A stretch of 64,000 nt of DNA from an uncultured Defluviicoccus sp. (GCA_964401555.1 CAYNYW010000007.1:64201-128200); one strand, 5' to 3'. Counted from the stretch's first letter, positions 1-9,538 are shown. Notes: a model not told the origin generated them from the sequence alone. Translations and numbers: made by a program.

Positions 1-614
1 AAGCGGGCCGCGGCGTGCGGCGAGCGGATCAGCTTCACGTGCAGGGCGGCGGCCGGTGCTGCGTCGTCGCCGAAGACGTCCGTTCCTTCGATTTTCGCAC
101 GACCGTCGAGCCGCGGCAGCCGGGCACCGACGATGCCGTTCGCCGGTGGCGACGGCACGTCTTCGGCAAAGAGGTGTGCCTCCATCACGGCGGTGATGAT
201 CTTGCGATAGCCGGTGCACCGGCACAGCACGCCGCCCAGGGCGTCATGCACCGCCGCTTCATCCGGCTGGGGGCAGCGGCACAGCAGCGCACCCGCGGCG
301 ACCACCATGCCGGGCGTGCAGATCCCGCATTGCGCCGCGCCGTGATGGTGGAACGACCGCTGCAGGCGAGCAAGCGCGCTCGACGCGACTCCTTCGATGG
401 TCAACACCGTGCGGCCGGCGACATGGGCGGCGGGAACAAGACAGGCGCACACCGGCTTGTCATCTAGAAGCACGGTACACGCGCCGCAGTCACCGGCATC
501 GCAGCCGACCTTGGTGCCTTTGAGCCCGAGATCCTCGCGCAGCACCTGGGACAGCCGGCGCAGCGGCGGCACGTTCAGCGTGACCGCGTTGCCGTTGAGC
601 GTGAACGTCAGCAT
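1..614 (-). CDS. xanthine dehydrogenase/aldehyde oxidoreductase family protein: N-terminal [2Fe-2S] domains fused to a molybdopterin-binding domain (5' part only, continues beyond window start)
   Basis: Own reverse-strand translation from the ATG at 614-612 gives [50 protein letters not shown]. This is followed by Mo-subunit-like [23 protein letters not shown]. It is not in the ORF track because there is no stop inside the window. Confidence 0.8.
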   Translation of the reverse strand, partial: MLTFTLNGNAVTLNVPPLRRLSQVLREDLGLKGTKVGCDAGDCGACTVLLDDKPVCACLVPAAHVAGRTVLTIEGVASSALARLQRSFHHHGAAQCGICTPGMVVAAGALLCRCPQPDEAAVHDALGGVLCRCTGYRKIITAVMEAHLFAEDVPSPPANGIVGARLPRLDGRAKIEGTDVFGDDAAPAAALHVKLIRSPHAAAR

Positions 615-619
615 GCCAT

Positions 620-1531
620 TCAAGAGAGCGCCTCCTGAAGGTCATGCAGCACGCGACGGACGAGGATCGTCGCGGCGTCACGCCGGTAGGCGGCGCTGCC
701 GCGCACGTCGCTGAGCGGCGTGAGTGTTGCAAGATGGTGCGGTTGCACGATTGCGCCCAGGGCTGCGCCCGTAAGTGACCGTCCAACCAGCGCCGCTTCG
801 AGTTCCGGCAGACGCTGCGCCACCTCGGAGCACGCACCGACGGCCAGGGCAGCGGACGCGACGCGGCCGTCGTCTCCACGCTCCAGCAATCCCGCGACCA
901 TGACGATCGAGATCACCTGGTACGCGCGCGCCCCCAGTTTGGCAAAGGTGGCAGCGTGTCGGGCCCGGCGCTTGCTGGGTACCAGCACCGCGGTCAGGAG
1001 TTCGTCCGGCCGCCTTGCCGTGCGCCGGTTGCCGAGGATGAATGCGGATAGCGGCAGCCGGCGGCGAGTGGAAGCGGATACCAGCTCGACTTCGGCATTG
1101 ACGATCAGAAGCGCCGGCACCCCGTCGGCGGCGGGCGACGCATTGCACAGATTGCCGGCCAGCGTGCCGGCATTCTGGATCTGCACCCCGCCGATCTGAC
1201 GTGCCGCCATCTGCAGCGCGCGCAAGGCCGGCGGCAGCGCCGCCGCGGCGAGATTGCTCCAGGTGGTCAGCGCCCCGATGCGGACGTCGTCCGCCGTCGC
1301 GGTGATTCCACGCAGTGCGTCCAGGCCGGTGACGTCGAGGAAACAGCCCTGCGGCGCGCGCCCCACGTGAGCCGGGTAGAAATCGGTGCAGCCGGCGATG
1401 ATCGTACAGCGCTGCGCGCGCAAGGCTTCAAGGGCGTCCGTCAGGTTTGCCGGCCGCAGGTAGTCCGCACCGAGCGCGCCGTTTGCGACCGGCGTCGTCG
1501 GCACCGTGTCTTCGGGGCAGTCCGTCACCAT
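620..1531 (-). CDS. FAD-binding subunit of a molybdopterin dehydrogenase (CoxM/XdhB-like)
   Basis: Part of ORF 620..1840. The protein-like part begins at the internal Met MVTDCPEDT. Motifs seen: [11 protein letters not shown] and [24 protein letters not shown]. It sits immediately upstream of the FeS/Mo subunit gene. Confidence 0.75.
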   Translation of the reverse strand: MVTDCPEDTVPTTPVANGALGADYLRPANLTDALEALRAQRCTIIAGCTDFYPAHVGRAPQGCFLDVTGLDALRGITATADDVRIGALTTWSNLAAAALPPALRALQMAARQIGGVQIQNAGTLAGNLCNASPAADGVPALLIVNAEVELVSASTRRRLPLSAFILGNRRTARRPDELLTAVLVPSKRRARHAATFAKLGARAYQVISIVMVAGLLERGDDGRVASAALAVGACSEVAQRLPELEAALVGRSLTGAALGAIVQPHHLATLTPLSDVRGSAAYRRDAATILVRRVLHDLQEALS

Positions 1532-1634
1532 CAAAGCGTCCGTTCCCGCTTGATCTTCCTTGGGCACGGGGCCGGCGGCGGCCAAGTCACGATTGGTTTC
1601 CAAGGATTGCAGGACATCCGTCGATGTCGTCGAT

Positions 1635-2990
1635 CTAGTAGCCGCGCAAGGCGATGCCTGGCAGTTCACTGACGGTGGGATGGGCGGCAAACAGCGCCGC
1701 GAGTTCCTCGACCCCAAGCCCACCCGCAATGGCAACGGCGATGGGGGCCAGCACGTCGGCCGCGCGATCGCCAAAGGCGCAGGCGCCGAGAATGCGCCGG
1801 TCATCGGCGTCGGTGGTGATCTTGAGAAAGCCCTCGGCATGGCCGGCCAGACGCGGCTTCAGCGCAGCGGCGTACTCGGCGCGGAACAGCCGGTACGCCC
1901 GCCCCTGTGCCTGCAGCGTCCGCTCGGACAGGCCGACCTCGGCCAGTTGCGGCCGGGTGTAGGTGGCCTCGATCACCGTCTCGGCACGCAACGGGACGGT
2001 GGCGGCACCAAGCGCGTGGCGGGCAGCGACGCGCGCCTGGGCGAGACCGCGGTTGGCGACAAATGGCGGTCCGGTCACGTCGCCCACGGCGTAGATGCCG
2101 GCAACGGACGTCTGGCAGTGCGCATCGATGGTAATGCCGAGGGCGGTGTGCGCGATGCCGGCGGCCGCGAGACCGAGTTCGGCAAGGTCAGGCCGGCGGC
2201 CAATGGCGATGAACGCGTGCGAGCCTTCGAGCGTGCGGCCATCCTTGAGTTGGACCAGCACGCGCTCGGCGTCGACACGCGCAGCCGCAACCGGGGCGCG
2301 CTTGAGCATGCGGATGCCGCGGCCGGCAAAGGAGGCTTCGAGTGCCGCCGCCGCTTCCAGGTCGGAGCGCTCCAGCAATTCTTCTCGATCGGTCACCCAG
2401 GTGACCTCTGCCCCGACCGAGCGGAAAAAAGAGGCATATTCGGCGCCGGTGATGCCGCCACCGACCATGATCATCGCCTCGGGCCAGGCGCCGAGCTTGC
2501 CGATCGCGCGCGGTGCCAGGATGCGCACGCCGTCCGGTTTGAGCGCAGGGGAAAAGATCGGCACCGAGCCCGAGGCGATGATCGCCCGATCGAAGGAGAC
2601 GTCCTCGCTGTCATCGCCGCTCGTGCGCACCATGAGCCGCGCGGCCGAGGCGAATGCCGCCGTGCCCCGAAGGACGCGCACGCCGGCCTTGGACAGCGCA
2701 TCCGCTTCATGCTCGCTCCACCCGCGTGCCTGATCGGCGATGCGTGCCCTGAGCGCGTCGAGATCGGGGCGGTGCGCCGGCCCGATCTCGACGCACGCCG
2801 TGAAGTGGCGTTGCTCTTCGAGGTGCTCTCCCAGCGCGAGGCACACCTTGCTTGGCACCAGGCTGTGCCAGGTTGCCCGGCCGCCGATGGGCTCGTTGGC
2901 GACCAACACCACGTTCGCTGCATGCTGGGCCGCCTCCCGGGCGGACGCGACCCCCGCTGGTCCACCGCCGATCACCACGAGTGTCGTCAT
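1635..2990 (-). CDS. FAD/NAD(P)-dependent pyridine nucleotide-disulfide oxidoreductase family protein (dihydrolipoyl dehydrogenase-like, lacks the CxxxxC redox pair)
   Basis: Part of ORF 1635..3014. Shows MTTLVVIGGGPAG dinucleotide fold, a second GGGITGAEYA fold and a C-terminal dimerisation motif AAHPTVSE. Confidence 0.75.
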   Translation of the reverse strand: MTTLVVIGGGPAGVASAREAAQHAANVVLVANEPIGGRATWHSLVPSKVCLALGEHLEEQRHFTACVEIGPAHRPDLDALRARIADQARGWSEHEADALSKAGVRVLRGTAAFASAARLMVRTSGDDSEDVSFDRAIIASGSVPIFSPALKPDGVRILAPRAIGKLGAWPEAMIMVGGGITGAEYASFFRSVGAEVTWVTDREELLERSDLEAAAALEASFAGRGIRMLKRAPVAAARVDAERVLVQLKDGRTLEGSHAFIAIGRRPDLAELGLAAAGIAHTALGITIDAHCQTSVAGIYAVGDVTGPPFVANRGLAQARVAARHALGAATVPLRAETVIEATYTRPQLAEVGLSERTLQAQGRAYRLFRAEYAAALKPRLAGHAEGFLKITTDADDRRILGACAFGDRAADVLAPIAVAIAGGLGVEELAALFAAHPTVSELPGIALRGY

Positions 2991-3286
2991 CGTCCCTCCT
3001 TCTGCCGCGCCCAACGCCGCCGCCCCTGGTCATGCCACGACTATCGTCGTCGCGACCGAGATGGCAACGACCAAGTCGTGACCGTCGGTTCCGGTAGAGG
3101 CCCGGGGAGCACGGGTCTTCGTCGCGAAGGTATTGTCCGAGTTCACTTGTCGTGGTTCAGTTGACGTGAATTGTCGTGATTCCGGGGCGCGGCCGCGCTA
3201 ATGGGATGAGGCAGGACGGTTGCCGAGCAGGCGGCGGCAGTGACGCCCGAGGACTACCGGCTTTGAGACGAAAGAGCAGCAAAGCG

Positions 3287-4096
3287 ATGGCGGACGCGGG
3301 TATGGCCCTTGACGTCCTCGACCGGCCCGAGGTCCTCGGCATCTTGTTCTTTCCGCGTCGCGACGTCGGTGTGCCGTGCCCGGCGGCTGGCGTGCACAGC
3401 GTCCGCCTTCCGGTGGCCGAAGGCGTCGAGGTGGGCGGTCGCGTTTTTGTCGCCGGCGCAAAAGCTCCCGTCGTGCTTTACTTCCATGGTAACGGCGAGA
3501 TCGCCTCGGACTACGAGACGATTGCGCCGTGGTACAGCCGCATCGGGCTCAGCCTGTTTGTCGTCGACTATCGGGGCTATGGCACCAGCGACGGCACACC
3601 TTCGGCGACCGCGCTGATCGAGGATGCGTGGACGGTCTTTTGTCGGGCGCGCGACGTGCTCGCAGGGCTCAACATCGAGCCGCGCGAGTTGTTCGTCATG
3701 GGCCGCTCGCTCGGTAGCGCCGCCGCGCTCGCGATCGCCGATCGCGCCAAGGAAGGCATCAAGGGCCTGATCATCGAGAGCGGCTTTGCCTATACCTTCG
3801 CTTTGATCGAGCGGATCGGCTTCCTGCAGATCGCGGACGCCTTCGAGCAGCGGGACGGCTTCGGCAACCTGGAGAAGATGGGGCGCATCGAGCTGCCGAC
3901 GCTGCTCCTCCACGGCGAGCGCGACTGGATCATCCCGATCTCCGATGCCGAGCTGTTGTTCGAGGCGTGCCGGGCCAAGGACAAGGCCTTCGTGCGCATC
4001 CCCGCTGCCGGGCACAACGATCTGATGCTGATCGGCCGCAAGGCCTATTTCGAGGCGCTCGCGAAGTTCTGCGGCACGGCGGCACCCACGCCGTGA
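3287..4096 (+). CDS. alpha/beta hydrolase
   Basis: Part of ORF 3176..4096. Shows LYFHGNGE oxyanion-type motif, nucleophile elbow GRSLGS and C-terminal AAGHNDL. Start taken at the internal ATG (MADAGMALD). Confidence 0.7.
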   Translation: MADAGMALDVLDRPEVLGILFFPRRDVGVPCPAAGVHSVRLPVAEGVEVGGRVFVAGAKAPVVLYFHGNGEIASDYETIAPWYSRIGLSLFVVDYRGYGTSDGTPSATALIEDAWTVFCRARDVLAGLNIEPRELFVMGRSLGSAAALAIADRAKEGIKGLIIESGFAYTFALIERIGFLQIADAFEQRDGFGNLEKMGRIELPTLLLHGERDWIIPISDAELLFEACRAKDKAFVRIPAAGHNDLMLIGRKAYFEALAKFCGTAAPTP

Positions 4097-4136
4097 TTGC
4101 TGCCAGACGACAAGCTCTCCCGTTAACCAGGTCCGG

Positions 4137-4925
4137 TTAATTCGTCGGGCACATGCTGAGCCTGATCACGGCGAACGCCGCGCCCTGACCGTCGGCAAGC
4201 ACGGCGAGCCGGCCGACGTCCGGCACGTCGAACGGGGCACGCAGGATCTTCCCGCCAAGCTCCCCAGCCCGCGCGGCGACGGCGTCGCAGTCGTCGACGG
4301 CGAAGTAGACCAGCCAGTGCGGTGGCACGTCGGCGGAAATGGCGACAAGCGGCAGCATACCAGCCACCGGCCGATCGCCCGAAAGCCATTCGAAGTAGGT
4401 GTGATCGGGCATCACCGTCTCCTTGACCCCCCAGCCGAACAGGCCCGTGTAGAAGGCCTTGGCGGCTTCGGCTGAACGGGCGGCGAGTTCGTTCCAGACG
4501 ACGGTGCCGTGCCGTGGGCCGAGCCGGGCAAAACCGGGGTGCGGGCTGTCGGCCTGCCACAGGCACAAGGCCGCCCCTTCGGGATCGGCAATCACCGCCA
4601 TCCGGCCGACATCGGCGATGTCCATGGGCGGCAACAGCACGCTGCCGCCGAGGCTGGCCGCCTTGGCGGTGCTCGCCGCGCAGTCATCGACGGCCACGTA
4701 CGCGGCCCATGCACAGTGTGACTGGCCTGGGGGCAAGCCGTGCATGCCACCGACGTCCGCGCCATCGAGCTTCACGAGGGTGTAGGTGCCGCCGCCCGGC
4801 GCCGGCGTTTCCACCGCATCCCAGCCGAACAGCGCCGAATAAAAGCGCTTCGCTGCGGGAAGGTCGCCGCATGCGAGGTCGGCCCAGCAGAACTCGCCGT
4901 GCGCATAGCGCCCATTTTGCGTCAT
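4137..4925 (-). CDS. VOC (glyoxalase/bleomycin-resistance/dioxygenase) family protein, two tandem VOC domains
   Basis: Part of ORF 4137..4958. The pattern FYxxLFGW...GGM...W.YFAVDDCDA occurs in both halves. Start uncertain (4925 to 4958). Confidence 0.7.
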   Translation of the reverse strand: MTQNGRYAHGEFCWADLACGDLPAAKRFYSALFGWDAVETPAPGGGTYTLVKLDGADVGGMHGLPPGQSHCAWAAYVAVDDCAASTAKAASLGGSVLLPPMDIADVGRMAVIADPEGAALCLWQADSPHPGFARLGPRHGTVVWNELAARSAEAAKAFYTGLFGWGVKETVMPDHTYFEWLSGDRPVAGMLPLVAISADVPPHWLVYFAVDDCDAVAARAGELGGKILRAPFDVPDVGRLAVLADGQGAAFAVIRLSMCPTN

Positions 4926-4938
4926 CGCCATCTCCATC

Positions 4939-4968
4939 CCCACGCATTTCTTGCCCACGCATTTCTTG
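4939..4968. repeat. perfect 15-bp tandem duplication (cccacgcatttcttg x2) just upstream of the VOC gene start
   Basis: Read directly: 4939-4953 equals 4954-4968. Confidence 0.95.
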
Positions 4969-5059
4969 AGAGCCGCTCAGCGGCACCCGGTGATAGCATC
5001 AAAACCGTGACAATGGAACCGACGCCCGGCGATCACCCCCTGCCGCGCGCGAGGCTAAG

Positions 5060-7849
5060 ATGAGCCACGCCGCCCGCGCCGCCGCACGCACCCGGCTGCC
5101 CGCTGCTCCCGCGCTCGCGGCGGGGGTGCGGCAGGTGGCGTGGCTGTCGGTGGACGGCGCGGCCGAGGTCTTGCGTGTCGATCAGGCGGCGAACCGCGTG
5201 CGCGCCGGCTCGCCGCCGCTGGTATGTCACGCCCGCGCGACGGCGCGGCGGCTCCAGCTTCCGCCCTTCCCCGCCTACGATCTGCTTGAGCTGTTCGCCT
5301 TCGTCCGGCCGGCGCGATTCTGCGTGCCGACGCCGAAGAGCCTCGCCGCCGCACTGCTGCTGCCGGTTCCGGACACCCTGGAGGCGGAAGCGGCGGCGCT
5401 ACCGACCATCGCGCGCGCGCTGTTGGCCGAGCTGACGGCGTCACCCGGCGAGGATGCCGCCATCGTCGCACTCGCCATGGCGGCAGGCGGCTGGCCGTGG
5501 GCGGATGCGGTCCTCAGCGCGCTCGGCCAGCCCGCAGGCGCCAGCGCCTCACCCGCCCGCTTCGTCGAAGGTCTCAAGATCTGGGAAGGTCTCAAGATCT
5601 GGCGGCGGCTGCCGGAGTGGGAAGATTCCGGTCCGCCGGAACCGCCCGGGAGCTGGCCCGTCGAGCCGGTGGAGGCCCGCGCCCGTCTGGTGCGGCTGGT
5701 CGGGGCGAGCGCCGAGCCGCGCCCACAGCAGATGGCCTATGCCAGCCAAGCGGCGGGCGCGTTCAGTCCGCGCGAGGCCCCCGGCCAGCCGCGTGTCGTG
5801 CTTGCCGATGCCGGCACCGGAATCGGCAAGACGCTGGGCTACATCGCGCCGGCATCGGTGTGGGCACACAAGAACGGCGCCCCGGTCTGGATCAGCACGT
5901 TCACCCGGGCGCTTCAGCGCCAACTCGACCGCGAACTCGATCGCGCCTATCCGCAGCTCACCGACAAGATGGCCAAGGTAGTGGTGCGCAAGGGTCGGGA
6001 GAATCTGTTCTGCCTTCTCAATTTCGAGGATGCCGTGCTCGGCCTGCACGGCAACCTTGTCGGCCGTGAGGCCGTCGCGCTCGGCCTTGTCGCCCGCTGG
6101 GCGGCACACACCCGCGACGGCGACATGATCGGCGGCGACTTCCCCGCCTGGCTCGCCGATCTGTTGGGGGCGCGCGAGACGGTTGCGCTCACCGACACCC
6201 GCGGCGAATGCATTTACGGTGCCTGTCCGCACTTCCGCCGTTGCTTCATCGAGCGGGCGATCCGCAAGGCGCACCGGGCCGAGATCGTGGTGGCCAACCA
6301 CGCGCTGGTCATGGTTCAGGCGGTGCGCGGTGGTGACGACGATCGGTTGCCGCTACGCTATGTCTTCGATGAAGCACACCACGTTTTCGACGCCGCCGAT
6401 GGTGCCTTTTCCCTGGCACTGTCCGCCCAGGAAACCGCCGAGCTCAGGCGTTGGCTGCGCGGATCCGAGGGGGGCCGGTCGCGGCGCCGCGGCCTGCGGG
6501 AACGTGCCGCCGAGCTGTTTGCCGCCGATGCGGCCGCGACGGATGCCATCGACGCTCTGCTGGCGGCGGCGCGCGCCCTGCCCGGCCCCGGCTGGCGTCA
6601 GCGCCTGGCGGCGGGAACCTGGTCCGGCCCCACGGAGGCCTTCCTCGGCCGCGTCCGCACCCAGGTGCTGGCCCGCAACCGGGAAGGCGATCCGTCGTAC
6701 AGCCTGGAAGCGGCGGTGCAGCCGCCGGTCGCCGGCTTGATCGACGCGGCACTCGACCTCGATGCGGCGCTCGACCAGCTTCAGCGGCCGGTAGCGACCC
6801 TGATCAGGGCGCTGGGTGACTGCCTCGATGCCGACGCCGCCGGTCTGGACAGCGGTACGCGGGCGCGCATCGAGGGTATTCGCCGCGGCCTGATCCGCCG
6901 CGCTGCCGAGCCGCTCACCGGCTGGCGGGCGATGCTGAAAGCGCTCGGCCGGGAAATCCCGCCGCAGTTTGTCGACTGGCTCGGAATCGAGCGTGCCGAT
7001 GGCGAAGACGTCGATGTCGGCCTGCACCGGCACTGGCTGGACCCGACGGAGCCGTTTGCGCAGTCCGTGCTCGAAGGCGCGCACGGCGTCCTGTTGACCT
7101 CGGCCAGCCTGCGCGATGCGAGCGGCGACGACGATGCCGACTGGGCATGGGCGGAAGCGCGCACCGGCGTTCATCATCTGGCCGCGCCGCCGGTCCTCTC
7201 GGCGCTCGCCTCTCCCTTCGATTACGCCGCCCACACCCAGGTCCTGGTCGTGACCGATGTCGATCGGGACGAGTCCCGCGCTGTGGCGGCGGCCTATCGC
7301 GAGCTGTTCCTGGCCGCGGGTGGCGGCGCACTCGGCCTGTTCACCGCGATCTCGCGCCTGCGCCTCGTGCATGGCGGCATCGCCAGCGCGCTCGAAGCCG
7401 CCGGCATCGCGCTCCTCGCCCAGCACGTCGACGCCCTCGATGCCGGCTCGCTCGTCGACATCTTCCGCGAGGACAAGGATTCCTGCCTGCTAGGCACCGA
7501 TGCGGTCCGCGACGGCGTGGATATCCCCGGACGCTCCCTGCGCCTGATCGTGTTCGATCGGGTCCCCTGGCCACGGCCGACGCTGCTGCACCGGGCGCGC
7601 CGGACCGCCTTCGGCGGCCGTGGCTACGACGAGGCCCTGGTTCGGCTTAAGCTCAAGCAGGCGTATGGCCGCCTGATCCGCCGCGCCGACGACAAGGGCG
7701 TCTTCGTCATGCTTGATCGTGCCCTGCCCAGCCGGTTGATGACGGCGTTCCCGCAAGGCGTGCCGGTGCGCCGCCTCGGCCTTGCCGACGCCATCGCGGC
7801 GGTGCGTGCGATGGTGAGCCCGCAGGCGCGCCGAGGGGGACCGCAATGA
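5060..7849 (+). CDS. DinG/XPD-family ATP-dependent DNA helicase with long N-terminal extension
   Basis: 929-aa ORF. Shows Walker A DAGTGIGKT, DEAH box FDEAHHV, a Cys cluster GECIYGACPHFRRCF consistent with an Fe-S domain, and C-terminal motifs GTDAVRDGVDIPG and GRLIRRADDKGVFVMLD. Confidence 0.8.
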   Translation: MSHAARAAARTRLPAAPALAAGVRQVAWLSVDGAAEVLRVDQAANRVRAGSPPLVCHARATARRLQLPPFPAYDLLELFAFVRPARFCVPTPKSLAAALLLPVPDTLEAEAAALPTIARALLAELTASPGEDAAIVALAMAAGGWPWADAVLSALGQPAGASASPARFVEGLKIWEGLKIWRRLPEWEDSGPPEPPGSWPVEPVEARARLVRLVGASAEPRPQQMAYASQAAGAFSPREAPGQPRVVLADAGTGIGKTLGYIAPASVWAHKNGAPVWISTFTRALQRQLDRELDRAYPQLTDKMAKVVVRKGRENLFCLLNFEDAVLGLHGNLVGREAVALGLVARWAAHTRDGDMIGGDFPAWLADLLGARETVALTDTRGECIYGACPHFRRCFIERAIRKAHRAEIVVANHALVMVQAVRGGDDDRLPLRYVFDEAHHVFDAADGAFSLALSAQETAELRRWLRGSEGGRSRRRGLRERAAELFAADAAATDAIDALLAAARALPGPGWRQRLAAGTWSGPTEAFLGRVRTQVLARNREGDPSYSLEAAVQPPVAGLIDAALDLDAALDQLQRPVATLIRALGDCLDADAAGLDSGTRARIEGIRRGLIRRAAEPLTGWRAMLKALGREIPPQFVDWLGIERADGEDVDVGLHRHWLDPTEPFAQSVLEGAHGVLLTSASLRDASGDDDADWAWAEARTGVHHLAAPPVLSALASPFDYAAHTQVLVVTDVDRDESRAVAAAYRELFLAAGGGALGLFTAISRLRLVHGGIASALEAAGIALLAQHVDALDAGSLVDIFREDKDSCLLGTDAVRDGVDIPGRSLRLIVFDRVPWPRPTLLHRARRTAFGGRGYDEALVRLKLKQAYGRLIRRADDKGVFVMLDRALPSRLMTAFPQGVPVRRLGLADAIAAVRAMVSPQARRGGPQ
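5567..5602 (+). repeat. perfect in-frame 18-bp tandem duplication inside the helicase CDS (EGLKIW-EGLKIW)
   Basis: gaaggtctcaagatctgg occurs twice head-to-tail. 5567 is codon position 1 of ORF 5060. Confidence 0.95.
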
Positions 7850-8358
7850 GCGCGGGTCCACTGGCGGGTGGCGCAATGCCCACTTTGGCCGCCCACGAGG
7901 AGGCGGTTCGCCCGGAGTGGATCGACTACAACGGCCACATGAACGTCGCCTACTACGTCTTGGTGTTCGACCACGCCACCGATGCCGCGCTCGGCCGCCT
8001 GGGCTGCGGACCGGACGACCGCGCGCGCACCGGCTGCTCGGTGTTCGTGCTTGAGGCGCATGTGACCTACGAGCGGGAGGTGGGCGCGGGCGAGCGGCTC
8101 ATGGTGACGAGCCGGGTGCTCGCCTGCGACGACAAGCGCCTGATCCTCTACCATGAGATGGTCTGCCCGCATCGCCCCGGGGTCGTCGCGAGCAACGAGG
8201 TGTTATGTCTCAACGTCGGCGTCGCAACGCGGCGATCGGCCCCCTGGCCGCCATCGGTCGCGCAACGCATCGCGCACGCCGTGGCCGAAAGTGCGGGCGG
8301 TGCACAGCCGCGACGCGCCGGCCGGGCCATCGCTCTTGGACGAAAGTGTCCGGCCTGA
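7846..8358 (+). CDS. hotdog-fold acyl-CoA thioesterase (4HBT/YbgC-like)
   Basis: 170-aa ORF with EWIDYNGHMNVAYYVLVFDHATD. Its ATG overlaps the helicase TGA (ATGA). Confidence 0.65.
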   Translation: MSAGPLAGGAMPTLAAHEEAVRPEWIDYNGHMNVAYYVLVFDHATDAALGRLGCGPDDRARTGCSVFVLEAHVTYEREVGAGERLMVTSRVLACDDKRLILYHEMVCPHRPGVVASNEVLCLNVGVATRRSAPWPPSVAQRIAHAVAESAGGAQPRRAGRAIALGRKCPA

Positions 8359-8384
8359 GCACAGCGCCGCAGCACAGCGCCGCC
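8359..8384. repeat. 13-bp tandem duplication (gcacagcgccgca / gcacagcgccgcc) immediately after the thioesterase stop
   Basis: Read directly; 12 of 13 positions identical. Confidence 0.9.
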
Positions 8385-8473
8385 AATGGTTCATCACATG
8401 TTAACAGCCGTTGCGTAAGATGCCGCCCGTGGTCCCGTCGGGTGGACGGATAGGTGGGTAACGGTTCAGGGCG

Positions 8474-9538
8474 ATGGAATACGGGCATACCTTAGAGAGA
8501 GCGACCACGATCGCGCGCGAAGCGATGGTGCGCATGACCAAGCACGCGGTTGTCCCCAATCCCGACAATTATGCCGTGTGGTATCTCTATGCGTCCGGCG
8601 AGAACACGGAGCTCAAGCAGGTCATCGACCTCCTGATCACCAGCGAGCAGGAATTTACCCAGGAGCGCAACGCCCAGGTTTTCAAGCGGTTCTGTTCCAG
8701 TCCGTTCGAGAGCGTGCCCTTGTCGATCATCGCCGAGCGGGTTGAAGCCGAGCTGACGACGGCCGTCGCGACGTTGGAGCGGGCGAACCTGGACGCGAAG
8801 GCGTACGGTGACACTCTCGAAGCCGCCCGCGGCAAGGTTGGCAACATCCGCCGGTCGGAGGACTTAACCCAGCTCTTAAGCGTCATCCTGTCGCAGACCC
8901 GGGCGATGGCCAAGCAAAGCCGGGAGGTGGAACGGCAGCTTCGCCAATCGTGCTCGGAGGTCGGACAGCTCAAGGAGCAGCTCGACGACGCGCGGCGTGA
9001 GGCGATGACCGACGCTCTCACCGGCATCGCCAATCGCAAGATGTTCGATTTCATGCTGCGCGAGGCGGCGATCGAGTCGGTGGACTCCGGCGAGGTCTTG
9101 TGTCTGCTCTTCCTAGACATCGACCATTTCAAGCAGTTCAATGACAATTTTGGTCACGCCGTCGGCGACCAGGTGCTGAAGCTCTTAGCCGCAGTGCTCA
9201 AGGAAACCTGCAAGGGCCAGGACACACCGGCCCGCTATGGCGGCGAGGAATTCGCCGTCATTCTGCCACGCACCAGCATCGAGAACGCGGCACGCTTGGC
9301 CGAGAACATCCGCCAGCGTATCGCGAGCAAGCCGATCGTCAACCGCAAGACCGGCGACCAGCTGGGCCGTGTCCAGGTTTCGATCGGGGTTGCCGATTTC
9401 GTCTGGGGCGAGCCGGTGCGCAGTCTGGTCGAACGCGCCGACAAGGCGCTGTACCAAGCGAAAAACAGCGGCCGCAACCGGGTCGTCGTGCAGAAAGGCG
9501 AGGCTCCGGTGCGGGAATCGCTGGCGATGGGGATATAA
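8474..9538 (+). CDS. GGDEF-domain diguanylate cyclase with N-terminal coiled-coil/sensor region
   Basis: Shows DALTGIANRKMF, FLDIDHFKQFNDNFGH, RYGGEEFAVILP and ALYQAKNSGRNRV. Confidence 0.85.
   Translation: MEYGHTLERATTIAREAMVRMTKHAVVPNPDNYAVWYLYASGENTELKQVIDLLITSEQEFTQERNAQVFKRFCSSPFESVPLSIIAERVEAELTTAVATLERANLDAKAYGDTLEAARGKVGNIRRSEDLTQLLSVILSQTRAMAKQSREVERQLRQSCSEVGQLKEQLDDARREAMTDALTGIANRKMFDFMLREAAIESVDSGEVLCLLFLDIDHFKQFNDNFGHAVGDQVLKLLAAVLKETCKGQDTPARYGGEEFAVILPRTSIENAARLAENIRQRIASKPIVNRKTGDQLGRVQVSIGVADFVWGEPVRSLVERADKALYQAKNSGRNRVVVQKGEAPVRESLAMGI

Noticed and set aside
4113-4130. TTAACC-N6-GGTTAA inverted repeat between the convergent hydrolase and VOC genes, as a possible CtrA box or terminator.
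   Set aside because: The TTAA half-sites are 10 nt apart, not the 7 nt of the CtrA consensus. The 6-bp AT-rich stem without a U-tract is too weak to call.
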